Made by a program: the position numbers and the translations under genes. Below the pieces are notes generated by a model. It made no database searches. It saw nothing but the letters and a program-made list of their open reading frames with translations, and was not told the DNA's origin. A DNA stretch of 64,000 nucleotides from Octopus vulgaris (taxonomy: Eukaryota). Position 1 is the first letter of the stretch, and every line of letters starts with the position of its first letter. Below are positions 26,306 through 40,568 of this stretch, piece after piece. Where the stretch lies: positions 181,846,001-181,910,000 of the forward strand of contig OX597814.1 of assembly GCA_951406725.2 (NCBI GenBank), read 5' to 3'.

Positions 26306-27089
26306 TGTGTGTATTTAAGCTATTATTTTTTCTGTAAAAACTATTCTGACATTAAATGAGTCAACTTCTGGTACGAATGTTTACATTTTGTATGTCTTTT
26401 TTTCAACAACAAAAATTTCAAAGCAAATTCTGGAAACAACCTACTCATGTAATTTACGCACACCCTAAAGCTTATTTTTATTTTTGTGAAAAAATGTGTG
26501 TAAATTACATGGGCTTTTACAGTATATATAAAGTGTCTATATTGTAATATAGCTGTTTATCAATTAGTTATATATACCTAAATTATACTGAAAGAAAATT
26601 CTTTAGCATTCAAATTTTAATATGTTTTTATCAAAACGTATTTTCATGGTTCTTTTATTATTGAACATTTCAACAACACAATTCAGAAAACTAATTTTTT
26701 ATTTATTGTGAGATAGCATTTTTTGACATCTTGCTCCTTTCTCACTTCATTTGTGTCCCTGTTTTCTCCTCTGTTTCCTTGTATCTCTCTCTCTTCAGTT
26801 GTTTTCATTAACAAAGTTTTTCTTCAAGATACTTTGAGAATATTTGTAAAAAATTTTACACTATGTCTATTTATCATGTCAAAATTACAGAAATTTTTTG
26901 AGTTTCATTCTTTTATACACAAATGTGTAAACGATGGTCCTTTGAATAATGAAAGCCTCGGGTTATTTTCTGTGCCTTTGCGTTTATTGTTAGGTAATAT
27001 ATTGATTTTGTTTAGCATATTGATCACACTACAATAGTACAATTACATACTGTGCTATTTGTTTCCATATTAGAATTTTTCAATTCCAC

Positions 27090-27425
27090 ATGGGTCGTCC
27101 AAAAAAATATGCAACTAAAGCAGAATGGTTGGAAGCAAAGGCACTACAGCAAAGGGAGAGAAGGGCAATGGAATCAAAGAAAACCAGGGCAAAACGACTG
27201 AAACAAATGTGTGAATATACTCGTAAACGTAGAGAATATGATTCTGTTTCTACTACACATGACAGACTGGCTAGGGTATCTCAAGAAGAGAATAATCTAC
27301 TTCAAAATAATACACTGAGCCAGCTTTCACAGTCTGTAAATATTCAGGTGCCAATTGATAATCATCATCAAATGGACAAGATATACAGACAAATATCTCG
27401 TGCAAATATTTCATTGCATACACAG
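27090..27425 (+). CDS. Putative coding exon with AT-hook-like GRPKK and STPR-like repeat
   Basis: Acceptor TTTCCATATTAG ending 27073, ATG 27090, donor CAG|GTGACT at 27426 (phase 0); ESKKTRAKRLKQMCEYTRKRREY fits the 23-aa STPR pattern; ORF uninterrupted. Confidence 0.55.
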
Positions 27426-27628
27426 GTGACTATTTTTTATAATATTCTACTTTTCATTAACTGTTATTTATGTTAATTCTTTAAATTCTTTCCCCTTCAT
27501 TACCATTTTCAATTATTACATGTTTCCATCTTGTCCTCATATTACATAGAGCTCCTTTGATCATTGTCATCCGATATTAGTAAAAATAAGACAATATATG
27601 CATGTGTATATGTGTGTATGTAAATATA

Positions 27629-28853
27629 TTAAAGTGTTCAGAAAGTGATTATGTTTTTTCACTACTATGAAATATGAATCAACCAATCATGTCAGAGCCA
27701 TGATCGAATAGGTGGGAACTGTCTAGAAATAGTATATCATCTCTTCTATCCGGCAGTGTGTCATTCATAGTTATTTTGATAATTAACCCCATGGAGGATA
27801 AGAAACTTTATAAAACAACATATTTGCCATTGCTTACTGTATGAGTTTCAAAAAAAAAGTACCACTAAAGAAACAATGAGAAACATTTGTGAAGTGTATC
27901 TGGATGCAGTGATAGCTTGTACATGTCAGCTGTGGTTTAAAAGGTTTAAAGATGGTGATTGTAACATATCTGATAAGCCTCATTCTGGAAGATGATCCAC
28001 TCTGAATGACAACTTATTGAATGAGACTGTTGTATTGGATCCACATCAAAGCACCAGACATTTGGTGCAAAAATGCAATGTGTTATGTTCAACTATCCAT
28101 GAACACCGCAAGCAAATTAGGAAGGCATGCAAAGAGGGAATTTGGGTTCCACATGAGCTTGTGTTTGAGAACTGAAAACAATATTCCACCATCTGCAGCA
28201 GTCTTCTAACCAGGAATAACAATCTGTCATTCCTGCAGTGCATTGTTACAGGTAATGAAAAATGGGTTTTGCATCTCAATATAACAAAAAGGACAATGGT
28301 TATCATGTAATGAGAGGTTAGTGCCAACACCAAAACCCGAACTCCATCCACAAAAATCCTTGTTCTGTGTTTGTTGGAACATGGAAGGACCATCAATGCA
28401 GATGTCTATTGTCAGCAACTTGATTGTGTAATTGAAAAATTATGTCAATAGTGGTCAGCTTTAGTAAACAGAAAAGGTGTTATTCTCCACAGCCACACTC
28501 TTCAAAACAAACCCAAGCAAAAATAATATTAAGGATGGGAAGTTCTTCCACACCCCTCATATTCACCTGACTTAGCACCTATAGATTTCCATCTGTTCTG
28601 ATCACTAGAACATTTTATAAGAGGCAAAACATCCAGAAATAGAGTGGAAGTTGAAAACAGTCTCTCAGACTTTTTTTCAGGAAAAGAAATAGGTTTCTTT
28701 GAACGTGGCATGAAAAAGTTACTTTTCTGTTGGGTGGCAGTCATTGAAAATGATGGTAATTACATTCTTGATTACAACTATTAAGATAAATTTAGTTTAT
28801 ATTTGTTTTTATGTCCTTTCTGGTAAAACACAATTACTTTCTGAACACCCTAA
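27629..28853 (+). mobile_element. Full-length mariner with TIRs, transposase pseudogene
   Basis: TIRs TTAAAGTGTTCAGAAAGTGATTATGTTTT / AAAACACAATTACTTTCTGAACACCCTAA flanked by TA; WVPHEL, VTGNEKW and HPSYSPDLAPIDFHLF motifs with frameshifts. Confidence 0.93.
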
Positions 28854-28912
28854 TAGATATGCATATGTGTGTGTATATGTATGTACGTATAAGTATGTAT
28901 ATGTATAAATAG

Positions 28913-28945
<33 letters not shown>

Positions 28946-28949
28946 ATAA

Positions 28950-29339
28950 ATATTAGGGAATAAATCCAAATTTACAGGGAAAAATCAGATTTAGGATTGA
29001 ATCCAATTTTATAGTAAAATATATTATATTAAATTAGAGACAAAACCACTATTATGCAAATCAAACAAAGAAAGACTTAAGCCAATACATAAAATAATTT
29101 ATATAATTAAATTTAATTAAAATAACCACTACGATCGTTTCATGTCAGCACTTCTATGAGACATTCTTCAGGTGGTTTCAAAACCTTCTTTGCAAGTTTT
29201 AAACTAGTGCTGACACGAAACGATCGTAGTGGTTATTTTAATTAAATTTAATTATATAAATTATTCTATGTATTGGCTTAAGTCTTTCTTTGTTTCATTT
29301 GCATAATAGTGGTTTTGTCTCTAATTTATTATAATATAT
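28950..29339 (-). mobile_element. Short Penelope-type insertion with inverted pLTR (~134-bp arms)
   Basis: Arms 29019-29152 and 29206-29339 are near-perfect reverse complements; contains a hammerhead; related to 45253-45735; flanked by (TA)n. Confidence 0.8.
29124..29177 (-). ncRNA. Type-I hammerhead ribozyme, canonical core
   Basis: aaccac CTGAAGA atgtc-tcatagaagtgct-gacat GAAA cgatcg TA gtggtt: all core nucleotides, stems I and II and a palindromic stem III. Confidence 0.85.
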
Positions 29340-29539
29340 GTATATATATAATATTTTATGAAGTTGGAAAGACTTCACAAATTGTTACATGGTTTCAGAT
29401 AACTGATCATGAGATAGTCGTGAGTATTTTGAAGTATTTAGTATAATGCAATAATTTGTAAGTACTTATGATTACCAACTCCTCAAACAAACATTTAAAC
29501 CTGATTAGGTACTTACTTTTCAAAATAACAATTGATGTA

Positions 29540-29890
29540 GAATTTCCATGGTCAGATGCCCTACCTATTGTCAACCCTTACCTGTTTCTGTGTAAGACTG
29601 ATATTTCCCCATGACTGGGTGTGTTTTCATATTGTTGCATTACAGTGACACTTATTTACAACTATCATGCAATTTCAAGTTAAGGAGATAGCAATATGTG
29701 CATGTGCGCGCACGTGCACACACACACACACACACATGACAAGCTACTTTCTGTTTCTGTCTACCAAATCCACTTGAGGATTTGGTTGGTTCCAGGTCTT
29801 TGGTAGGAAACACTTGTCCAAGAGGTTATGCAGTGGGACTGAACCTAGAACTATGTGGTTAGGAAGCAAGTTTCTTACCACCTAGCCGAT
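29540..29890 (-). mobile_element. SINE family A head with RTE-type 3' part, diverged
   Basis: CAGTGGGACTGAACC..TGTGGTT head; CTACCAAATCCACT; 3' part similar to 49320-49705 and 61280-61630. Confidence 0.6.
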
Positions 29891-30039
29891 GCTTAGTAAA
29901 AGTTGTAATATTTGTGGTCTGTGGGAAAACACCTGGATATTTTAAATAGAGCAACAGTATCAGTAAATGTTATAAGCTGTAAACTTAGCCATTTGGTGGT
30001 ATTAATCTAGAAATCAAGTAGTTTAAAGACTCTCTGTAG

Positions 30040-30655
30040 TTACTCTAAAGCTCTTTTACAACTGCACCCCATGCATAATAATCAACAGGATTGCAGTCTG
30101 GGGAGTTAGGTGACCAGATGTTAGGGGTGATGTGGTTGCAGAAATTGTCTGACAGCTATGACTGGGTTCGTCTGCTTGTGTGGTTTGGTGCAGAGTCATG
30201 GGAAGATGAATGGAGGCATAACATCGCCATCACTACTGATCACTCTGAACATCATAATGTTGACTGGGTGTTTGATTTTTATTATTCTCAGTATATGTTT
30301 TGGGGACACAGCAAGCCAATGGTTGTTCTGATCTTGGTAGAAATATTTCTCGTCTGAGAAACACCAAAGCATTGGTTGGAGGGGAAGCTTGAGTTTGTTC
30401 AAAAGCTTCGTAGCATGATCTTTCCTCTTGTCCTTGATGGCTTGGGATAAAAATTGGCCCGTTCTCATCTTGTATTCAGAATACCAAATATCTTCATGAA
30501 CTACATGCCTGATAAGAAACTCAGGCACTACCATGGCCCTGGTGATGGACCTGATTGGTTTAAAGGGCTCATTGTCAATCATGGCCTGGATCTCACCAGT
30601 AAATTCAGGACACTTTTTCTTATCAGAGTGATCAGAATGAGTTTTACGAGCTGCT
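30040..30655 (-). mobile_element. Tc1/mariner-superfamily transposase fragment (possibly DD37D/maT-like)
   Basis: FSDEKYF, HPVNIMMFRVISSDGDVMPPFIF and WSPNSPDCNPVDYY motifs. Confidence 0.8.
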
Positions 30656-30822
30656 GATATATGTATGTATGTATGTATGCATATGATACATTATGTATAT
30701 GATATATATACATATATATGTATATATGTCTGTAATGTATGTATATGATATATATACATATATATATTATATATGAATTCATGTATATGTATATTATGTG
30801 TATATATATAAATATATATATA

Positions 30823-31662
30823 TGCTACCAAAACTGAATATTAAACTTACAGGATACACCGGTCCACAGGGAATTTCAATCCCAGAGCCTAAGTCTGTGA
30901 GGGGCCTGGGTATCGACATGAGTGATGATACCTCTTTCCAAGGGCACATTACCAGGATGGCGACAAAGTGCAGACGACTGGCTGGGTGGATCCTAAGAAC
31001 ATTCAGAACCAGAGATAAGGAAACCATGATGGTCCTCTGGCGGACATTCGTCCTCAGCCACCTGGATTACTGCTCACAGCTATGGTCACCCACCAGTGTA
31101 AAATTAACAGCGGACCTTGAAGCAATCCAGAGAAGATTCACAAAGAAGATCGTCTCTTTGCAACAGCTCAGCTACTGGGAAAGATTGAAACAGCTAAGAC
31201 TCTACTCCATGGAGAGAAGACGGGAGAGGTATGCAGTAATATATGTCTGGAAGATCCTGGAAGGAATTGTGCCAAATTTTGGCATTGTAAGCTACACCAA
31301 TGCTAGAACGGGACGACACTGCATAGTGCCAAAGATCCCAGCAATGCCATCACACTTCAAGACCAGCTTCTGCAACAGCCTGGGTTTCAAGGGCCCACAG
31401 CTTTTTAATATTCTCCCAAAGAGTCTGAGGAACTTGCACAAAGTAGATGTAGCAGTTTTTAAATCAAAGCTGGACATCTTCCTGTCAAGAGTCCCAGATG
31501 AACCTACCCCACGGCAAGAGGTGCAAATGAGAGTAGCTATATCAAACTCCATTCTTCACCAAGTGCCACACATTAGACGAGGTTCGTCGTAATAACAGTG
31601 TAGCACAAAACGGCAGTGCATCAGCATGGCCGCAGCTCTGAGCTGAATCTAGAAAAAAAAAA
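30823..31662 (+). mobile_element. CR1/L2-group LINE 3' end
   Basis: Open frame to 31592 (VRGLGI..LDYCSQLWSP..LEAIQRRFTK..SMERRRERY..GPQLFNILP), short 3' UTR and poly(A). Confidence 0.93.
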
Positions 31663-31743
31663 TATATATATATATGGCCTGTTGCCATGATAAATCGTTA
31701 GCCACTACACACATTTTTTCCTCTCTTTGTTTTTTCTGTGTCC

Positions 31744-31779
31744 CTTTCTGTAGAAGAGCGTAGGCTCGAAACGTAAAAG
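31744..31779 (+). ncRNA. Minimal hammerhead-ribozyme-like motif (A6U variant) in a pLTR-like repeat
   Basis: cttt CTGTAGA a gagc-gtag-gctc GAAA cg TA aaag; flanks resemble the 6.35-6.57 kb repeat (..TTTC(C)TGAGCGT..TAATAC..). Confidence 0.6.
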
Positions 31780-31867
31780 ACTTTCTATTTCTGAGCGTTA
31801 TACTAATACATCTGTTTCTTTTGTACACCGCCTGTCTTCGTCTTTTGTTTTTTTCGTAAACTCTCCC

Positions 31868-32162
31868 TATATATATTATATGTATGTATATATATATATA
31901 TGTATTATATGTATATGTATTATGTGTATATATATATATGTATTATGTGTATATATATATGTATTATATGTATATATATATATATATATTATGTATTATA
32001 TGTATATATATATATATTATTATATGTATATATATATATGTATTATATGTATATATATATGTATTATATGTATATATATATGTATTATATGTATATATAT
32101 ATGTATTATATGTATATATGTATGTTATATGTATATATGTATTATATGTATATATATATGTG

Positions 32163-32198
<36 letters not shown>

Positions 32199-32400
32199 TA
32201 TTGTATATATATATGTATTACATGTATATGTATATATATATGTATTACATGTATATGTATATATATATGTATTACATGTATATGTATATATATATGTATT
32301 ACATGTATATGTATATATATATGTATTACATGTATATATATATATATGTATTATATGTATATATATATATATATATATATGTATTATATGTATATATATA
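31868..32400. repeat. Compound (TA)n/TATGTATTA microsatellite
   Basis: Directly visible low-complexity array. Confidence 0.97.
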
Positions 32401-33516
32401 GCACGCAAATAGTGAGCGGTGTTCCACAGGGCACTGTTTTGGGACCACTACTGTTCATAATGGCCCTCTCAGACATGCCCTCAGCCACGCGGAGAGCCAC
32501 GATCACAAGTTATGCAGATGATACAAAAGTTTCACAGGCAATACAGAACCCTGAAGACACTAGGCACCTGCAATATGAGCTGGACGAAATATACAAGTGG
32601 GCTGAAAAGAATAGCATGCAGTTCAATGCTGAAAAGTTTCAAGCTTTATACTATCAGCATGCAAAACTGAATGCAATACCCAAGGAATACACTGGACCCG
32701 GAGGGATTGCAATCCCAGAGGCACAATCAGTGCGTGACCTGGGTATTCACATGAGTGATGACGCGACCTTTCATGTACATGTTGCTAAACTGACAATGAA
32801 ATGCAGACGGCTGGCTGGATGGATTCTTAGAACCTTTAGAACAAGAGAACAAGAATCCATGATGGTCCTCTGGAAGACACTTGTCCTAAGTCACTTTGAC
32901 TATTGCTCTCAGCTATGGTCACCATCCAGTGTCAAGTTGATCACAGAACTTGAGGCGATCCAACGAAGCTACACGAAGAAGATAGCCTCTATGCAGAATG
33001 TAAGCTACTGGGAAAGACTCAAGAGATTAAAATTATATTCCCTGGAGCGTAGGCGGGAAAGATATGCCATAATATACATCTGGAAGATCCTGGAGGGAAG
33101 TGTCCTGAACTTTGGCATTGAGAGTTACGCAAATGCCAGAACTGGGCGCCACTGCGTGGTGCCTAGGACTCCAAACTTGCCATCAAGATGTAGGACAAGA
33201 TTCTGTGATAGCCTGGGCTTCCGAGGCCCACAGCTCTTCAATATCCTCCCGATGAACCTGAGAGACCTGCATGGGGTGGATACAGATGTCTTTAAAATGG
33301 AGCTGGATCTCTTCCTGTCAGGTGTCCCAGATGAACCAACTTCACGGCAGGAGGGGCAGATGAGGGCAGCTGCATCGAACTCTCTCATGCACCAAATAGC
33401 AGTTGCTAGAAAGCCTCCGTGAAGTGAAACCAAGTAGCAACACCAAATGGCGGTGCCCCAGCATGGCCACAGCTCATAAGCTGAAACTAGAATCAATCAA
33501 TCAATCAATCAATCAA
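32400..33516 (+). mobile_element. CR1/L2-group LINE, 5'-truncated, RT C-terminal frame intact
   Basis: SGVPQGTVLGPLLF, YADDTK, VRDLGI, FDYCSQLWSP; stop 33422; tail stem-loop then (AATC)n. Confidence 0.95.
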
Positions 33517-33552
33517 TATATATGTATTATATGTATATATATGTATTATATG

Positions 33553-33589
<37 letters not shown>

Positions 33590-33802
33590 GTATTATATGT
33601 ATATATATATATGTATTATATGTATATATATATATGTATTATATGTATATATATATATGTATTATATGTATATATATATATATGTATTATATGTATATAT
33701 ATATATATGTATTATATGTATATATATATATGTATATATATATATGTATTATATGTATATATATATATGTATTATATGTATATATATATATGTATGTATA
33801 TG

Positions 33803-33855
<53 letters not shown>

Positions 33856-33875
33856 TATATGTATATATGTATGTT

Positions 33876-33912
<37 letters not shown>

Positions 33913-34024
33913 TATATTATATATATATATATGTATGTATTATATATATATATATATGTATGTATATATTATATATATATATATATATGTATGTATTATA
34001 TGTATATATATATATATATGTATG

Positions 34025-34118
<94 letters not shown>

Positions 34119-34156
34119 TATATATATATATATATATGTATGTATATATTATATTA

Positions 34157-34210
<54 letters not shown>

Positions 34211-34239
34211 TATATGTATATATATATATATGTATGTAT

Positions 34240-34270
<31 letters not shown>

Positions 34271-34333
34271 GTATGTATTATATGTATATATATATATGTA
34301 TGTATTATATGTATATATATATATGTATGTATG

Positions 34334-34366
<33 letters not shown>

Positions 34367-35584
34367 TATATGTATATATATATATATGTATTATATGTTA
34401 TATATATATATGTATTATATGTTATATATATATATGTATGTATTATATGTATATATATATATGTATGTATTTATATATATATATATATATGTATGTATTA
34501 TATGTATATATATATATATGTATGTATTATATGTATATATATATATATGTATGTATATATTATATATATATATATATGTATGTATTATATGTATATATAT
34601 ATATATGTATGTATTACATGTATATATATATATATATGTATTATATATATATATATATATGTATGTATTACATGTATATATATATATATATGTATGTATT
34701 ACATGTATATATATATATATGTATGTATTACATGATATATATATATATGTATGTATTACATGTATATATATATATATGTATGTATTACATGTATATATAT
34801 ATATGTATGTATTACATGTATATATATATATGTATGTATACATGTATATATATATTTGTATGTATTACATTATATATATATATGTATGTATTACATGTAT
34901 ATATATATATGTATGTATTACATGTATATATATATATGTATGTATTACATGTATATATATATATATGTATGTATTACATGTATATATATATATGTATGTA
35001 TTACATGTATATATATATATATGTATGTATTACATGTATATATATATATATGTATGTATTACATGTATATATATATATATGTATGTATTACATGTATATA
35101 TATATATGTATGTATTACATGTATATATATATATGTATGTATTACATGTATATATATATATATGTATGTATTACATGTATATATATATATATATGTATGT
35201 ATAATTTATATATATATATGTATGTATTAATGTATATATATATATGTATGTATACATATATATATATATGTATGTATTACATGTATATATATATATGTAT
35301 GTATTACATATATATATATATGTATGTATTACATGTATATATATATATGTATGTATTACATGTATATATATATTATTATAATATATATATATGTATGTAA
35401 TATATTATATATATATATATGTATGTATTACATGTATATATATATGTATATATTACATGTTATATATATATATGTATTACATGTATATATATATATATAT
35501 GTATTACATGTATATATATATATATATGTATTACATGTATATATATATATATATGTATTACATATATATATATGTGTGTATATA

Positions 35585-35679
<95 letters not shown>

Positions 35680-35794
35680 GTGTATATATATATATATGTG
35701 TGTATATATATATATGTGTATATATATATATATGTGTATGTATATATATATATATGTGTATATATATATATATGTGTATATATATATATATGTG

Positions 35795-35829
<35 letters not shown>

Positions 35830-35864
35830 GTGTGTATATATATATATGTGTATATATATATGTG

Positions 35865-35963
<99 letters not shown>
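33517..35963. repeat. Large compound TA-based satellite array
   Basis: Units such as (TA)nTGTATTATATG, then (TA)nTGTATGTATTACATG, then (TG)n/(TA)n. Confidence 0.97.
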
Positions 35964-35964
35964 T

Positions 35965-37263
35965 GCTATGGACACATAAGAGGTGCAGCAATGTCATAGG
36001 GAGGCTAACTAGGAAGATGGTTTTCGTATGTGGCAGATGCTCGGGAGCATTAACCTCTGAAAATCTGCAGAAAACAACTTCCGTCACTTTCCAGGGGGAA
36101 AAACTAGAAGTAGTTGATAGCTTCCGTTATCTTGGTGACCAAGTCAGTAGTGGGGGTGGGTGTGCTGAAAGTGTAACGGCTAGAGTAAGAATAGCCTGGG
36201 CAAAGTTTAGGGAGCTCTTACCTCTGCTGGTGACTAAAGGCCTCTCGCTCAGAGTAAAAGGCAGACTGTATGATGCATGTGTACGAACAGCCATGCTACA
36301 TGGCAGTGAAACATGGGCCGTGACTGCTGAGGACATGCGTAAGCTCGCGAGAAATGAAGCCAGTATGCTCCGATGGATGTGTAATGTCAGTGTGCATGCT
36401 CGACAGAGCGTTAGTACCCTGAGAGAAATGTTGGACCTAAGGAGCATCAGTTGTGGTGTGCAAGAGAGACGATTGCGCCGGTATGGTCATGTGGCGAGAA
36501 TGGATGAAGATAGGTGTGTGAAAAAGTGCCAATCCCTAACAGTGGAGGGAACCCGTGGAAGAGGTAGTACAGGAAAACTTGGGACGAGGTGGTGAAGTAC
36601 GACCTTCGAACTTTAGGTCTCACTGAGGAAATGACCAGCGACCGAGACCTTTGGAAATATGCTGTGCGGGAAAAAACCAGGCAGGACAAGTGAGTCCAGC
36701 CCACTTATGCATGCCTTTCCTCCCTTGGACACACAAAGACCTGTTGAGGCAAGCGAAACGATATCGAACCTCATCCGACGACAGGCTTGCGAAGACCTGT
36801 TGGGGCAAGTGAAATCGGAATCGAAATTGAACCAATCCTATGACTGGCACCTGGCAGATGCCAGGACCCCTGGACTGGAGATACGTAAAAAGCACTATCC
36901 GAATCGTGGCCAATGCCAGCGCCGCTTCGACTGGCTTCCGTGTCGGTGGCACGTAGAAAGCACCATCCGAATCGTGGCCGAAGCCAGTGCCGCCTCGACT
37001 GGCTTCTGTGCAGGTAGCATGTAAAATGCACCAATCCGACCGTGGCCGATGCCAGCCTCACCTGGCACCAGTGCAGGTGGCACGTAAAAAGCACCCACTA
37101 CACTCACGGAGTGGTTGGCGTTAGGAAGGGCATCCAGCTGTAGAAACATTGCCAGATAAGACCGGAGCCTGGTGCAGCCTTCTGGCTTCCCAGATCCCTG
37201 GTTGAACCGTCCAACCCATGCTAGCATGGAGAACGGACGTTAAACGATGATGATGATGATGAT
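35965..37263 (+). mobile_element. RTE-clade LINE, 5'-truncated
   Basis: [45 protein letters not shown]; frameshift near 36570; repeat-containing 3' UTR; (GAT)n tail. Confidence 0.95.
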
Positions 37264-37379
37264 GTATATATATATATGTATTATATGTATATTTATATAT
37301 ATGTATTATATGTATATATATATATGTATATATGTATTATATGTATATATATATATATATATATTATATATATTTAAAA

Positions 37380-37607
37380 GGCAGCGAGCTGGCAGACACG
37401 TTAGCACACTGGGCGAAATGCGTAGCCATATTTCATCAGCCGTTACGTTCTGAGTTCAAATTCCGCCGAGGTCGACTTTGCCTTTCATCGTTTCAGGGTC
37501 GATAAATTAAGTACCAGTTTCGCACTGGGGTCGATGTAATCGACTTAATCCCTTTGTCTGTCCTTGTTTGTCCCCTCTATGTTTAGACCCTTGTGGGTAG
37601 TAAAGAA
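37380..37607 (+). mobile_element. SINE, family B
   Basis: Full copy matching the reverse complement of 10902-11127. Confidence 0.87.
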
Positions 37608-37635
37608 ATATATATATATATATATATTATATGTA

Positions 37636-37682
<47 letters not shown>

Positions 37683-37986
37683 TATATGTATATATATATA
37701 TATATGTATTATATGTATATACATATGTCCAACCCATGCTAGCATGGAGAACGGACGTTAAACGATGATGATGATATATATATATATGTATTATATGTAT
37801 ATATATATATGTATTATATGTATATATATATATGTATTATATGTATATATATATATGTATTATATGTATATATATATATGTATTATATGTATATATATAT
37901 ATGTATTATATGTATATATATATATGTGTTATATGTATATATATATATATGTATATATATGTATATATATATATATGTATTATATG

Positions 37987-38023
<37 letters not shown>

Positions 38024-38679
38024 GTATTATATGTATATATATATATGTATTATATGTATATATATATATGTATTATATGTATTATATGTATATATATATA
38101 TGTATTATATGTATTATATATATATATGTATTATATGTATTATATGTATTATATATATATATGTATTATATGTATTATATGTATATATATATATATGTAT
38201 TATATGTATATATATGTATTATATGTATATATATATGCATTATATGTATATATATATATTATATATATATATATGTATTATATGTATATATATATATGTA
38301 TTATATGTATATATATATGCATTATATGTATATATATATGTATTATATGTATATATATATGTATTATATGTATATGTATATATGTATATATATGTATATA
38401 TATATGTATTATATGTATATATGTATTATATGTATATATGTATTATATGTATATATGTATATGTATTATATGTATATATGTATATATATGTATATATGTA
38501 TATATGTATATATGTATATATGTATATATGTATATATGTATATGTATTATATGTATATATATATGTATATATATATGTATTATATGTATATATATATGTA
38601 TATATATATATGTATTATATGTATATATATATGTATTATATGTATATATATATGTATTATATGTATATATATATATGTA

Positions 38680-38721
<42 letters not shown>

Positions 38722-39164
38722 TATATGTATATATATATGTATTATATATATATATATATGTGTTATATGTATATATATATATGTATTATATGTATATATA
38801 TATATGTATTATATGTATATATATATGTATTATATGTATATATATATATATATGTATTATATGTATATATATATATATATATATGTATTATATGTATATA
38901 TATATATGTATTATATGTATATATATATGTATTATATGTATATATATATGTATTATATGTATATATTATATATATATATGTATTATATGTATATATATAT
39001 ATGTATTATATGTATTATATATATATATATATATGTATTATATGTATATATATATATATATGTATATATGTATTATATATATATATGTATATATATATAT
39101 GTATATATGTATTATATGTATATATATATATATATGTATATATGTATATATGTATATATGTATA

Positions 39165-39229
<65 letters not shown>

Positions 39230-39436
39230 GTATTATATGTATATATATATATATTATATATATATGTATTATATGTATATATATATGTATTATATGTATA
39301 TATATATATGTATTATATGTATATATATGTGTATTATATGTATATATGTATATGTATTATGTATATATGTATATGTATATATGTATATGTATATATATAT
39401 GTATATATATATATATATATTATATATATATATATG

Positions 39437-39507
<71 letters not shown>

Positions 39508-40568
39508 GTATTATATGTATATATATTATGTATGTATGTATGTATACATATATATATATATGTATTATATGTATATATATTATGTATGTATGTATACATA
39601 TATATATATATGTATTATATGTATATATTATATATGTATGTATACATATATATATATATGTATTATATGTATATATTATATATGTATGTATACATATATA
39701 TATATATATGTATTATATGTATATATTATATATGTTTGTATACATATATATATATATATATGTATTATATGTATATATTATATATGTTTGTATACATATA
39801 TATATATATATATATATGTATTATATGTATATATTATATATGTATGTATACATATATATATATATGTATTATATGTATATATTATGTATGTATACATATA
39901 TATATATATATATATATGTATTATATGTATATATATTATGTATGTATGTATACATATATATATATATATATATATGTATTATATGTATATTTATTATGTA
40001 TGTATGTATACATATATATATATATATATGTATTATATGTATATATATTATGTATGTATGTATACATATATATATATATATATATTATATGTATATATAT
40101 TATGTATGTATGTATACATATATATATATATATATATGTATTATATGTATATATATTATGTATGTATGTATACATATATATATATATATATGTATTATAT
40201 GTATATATATTATGTATGTATGTATACATATATATATATTATGTATGTATGTATACATATATATATATTATGTATGTATGTATACATATATATATATTAT
40301 GTATGTATGTATACATATATATATATTATGTATGTATGTATACATATATATATATTATGTATGTATGTATACATATATATATATTATGTATCTATGTATA
40401 CATATATATATATTATGTATCTATGTATACATATATACATATATTATGTATGTATACATATATATATGTATTATATGTATATATATTATGTATGTATGTA
40501 TACATATATATATATATGTATTATATGTATATATATTATATATGTATGTATATATATTATATATATTA
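37608..40568. repeat. Very large compound TA-based satellite array containing a 47-bp RTE tail (37727-37773)
   Basis: Directly visible; the unit changes to TATTATGTATGTATGTATACA(TA)n in the last kb. Confidence 0.97.

Noticed and set aside
29206-29234. Plus-strand hammerhead in the right arm of the fold-back
   Set aside because: Has only the GAAA-CGATCG-TA half; no upstream CUGANGA and stem I on this strand.
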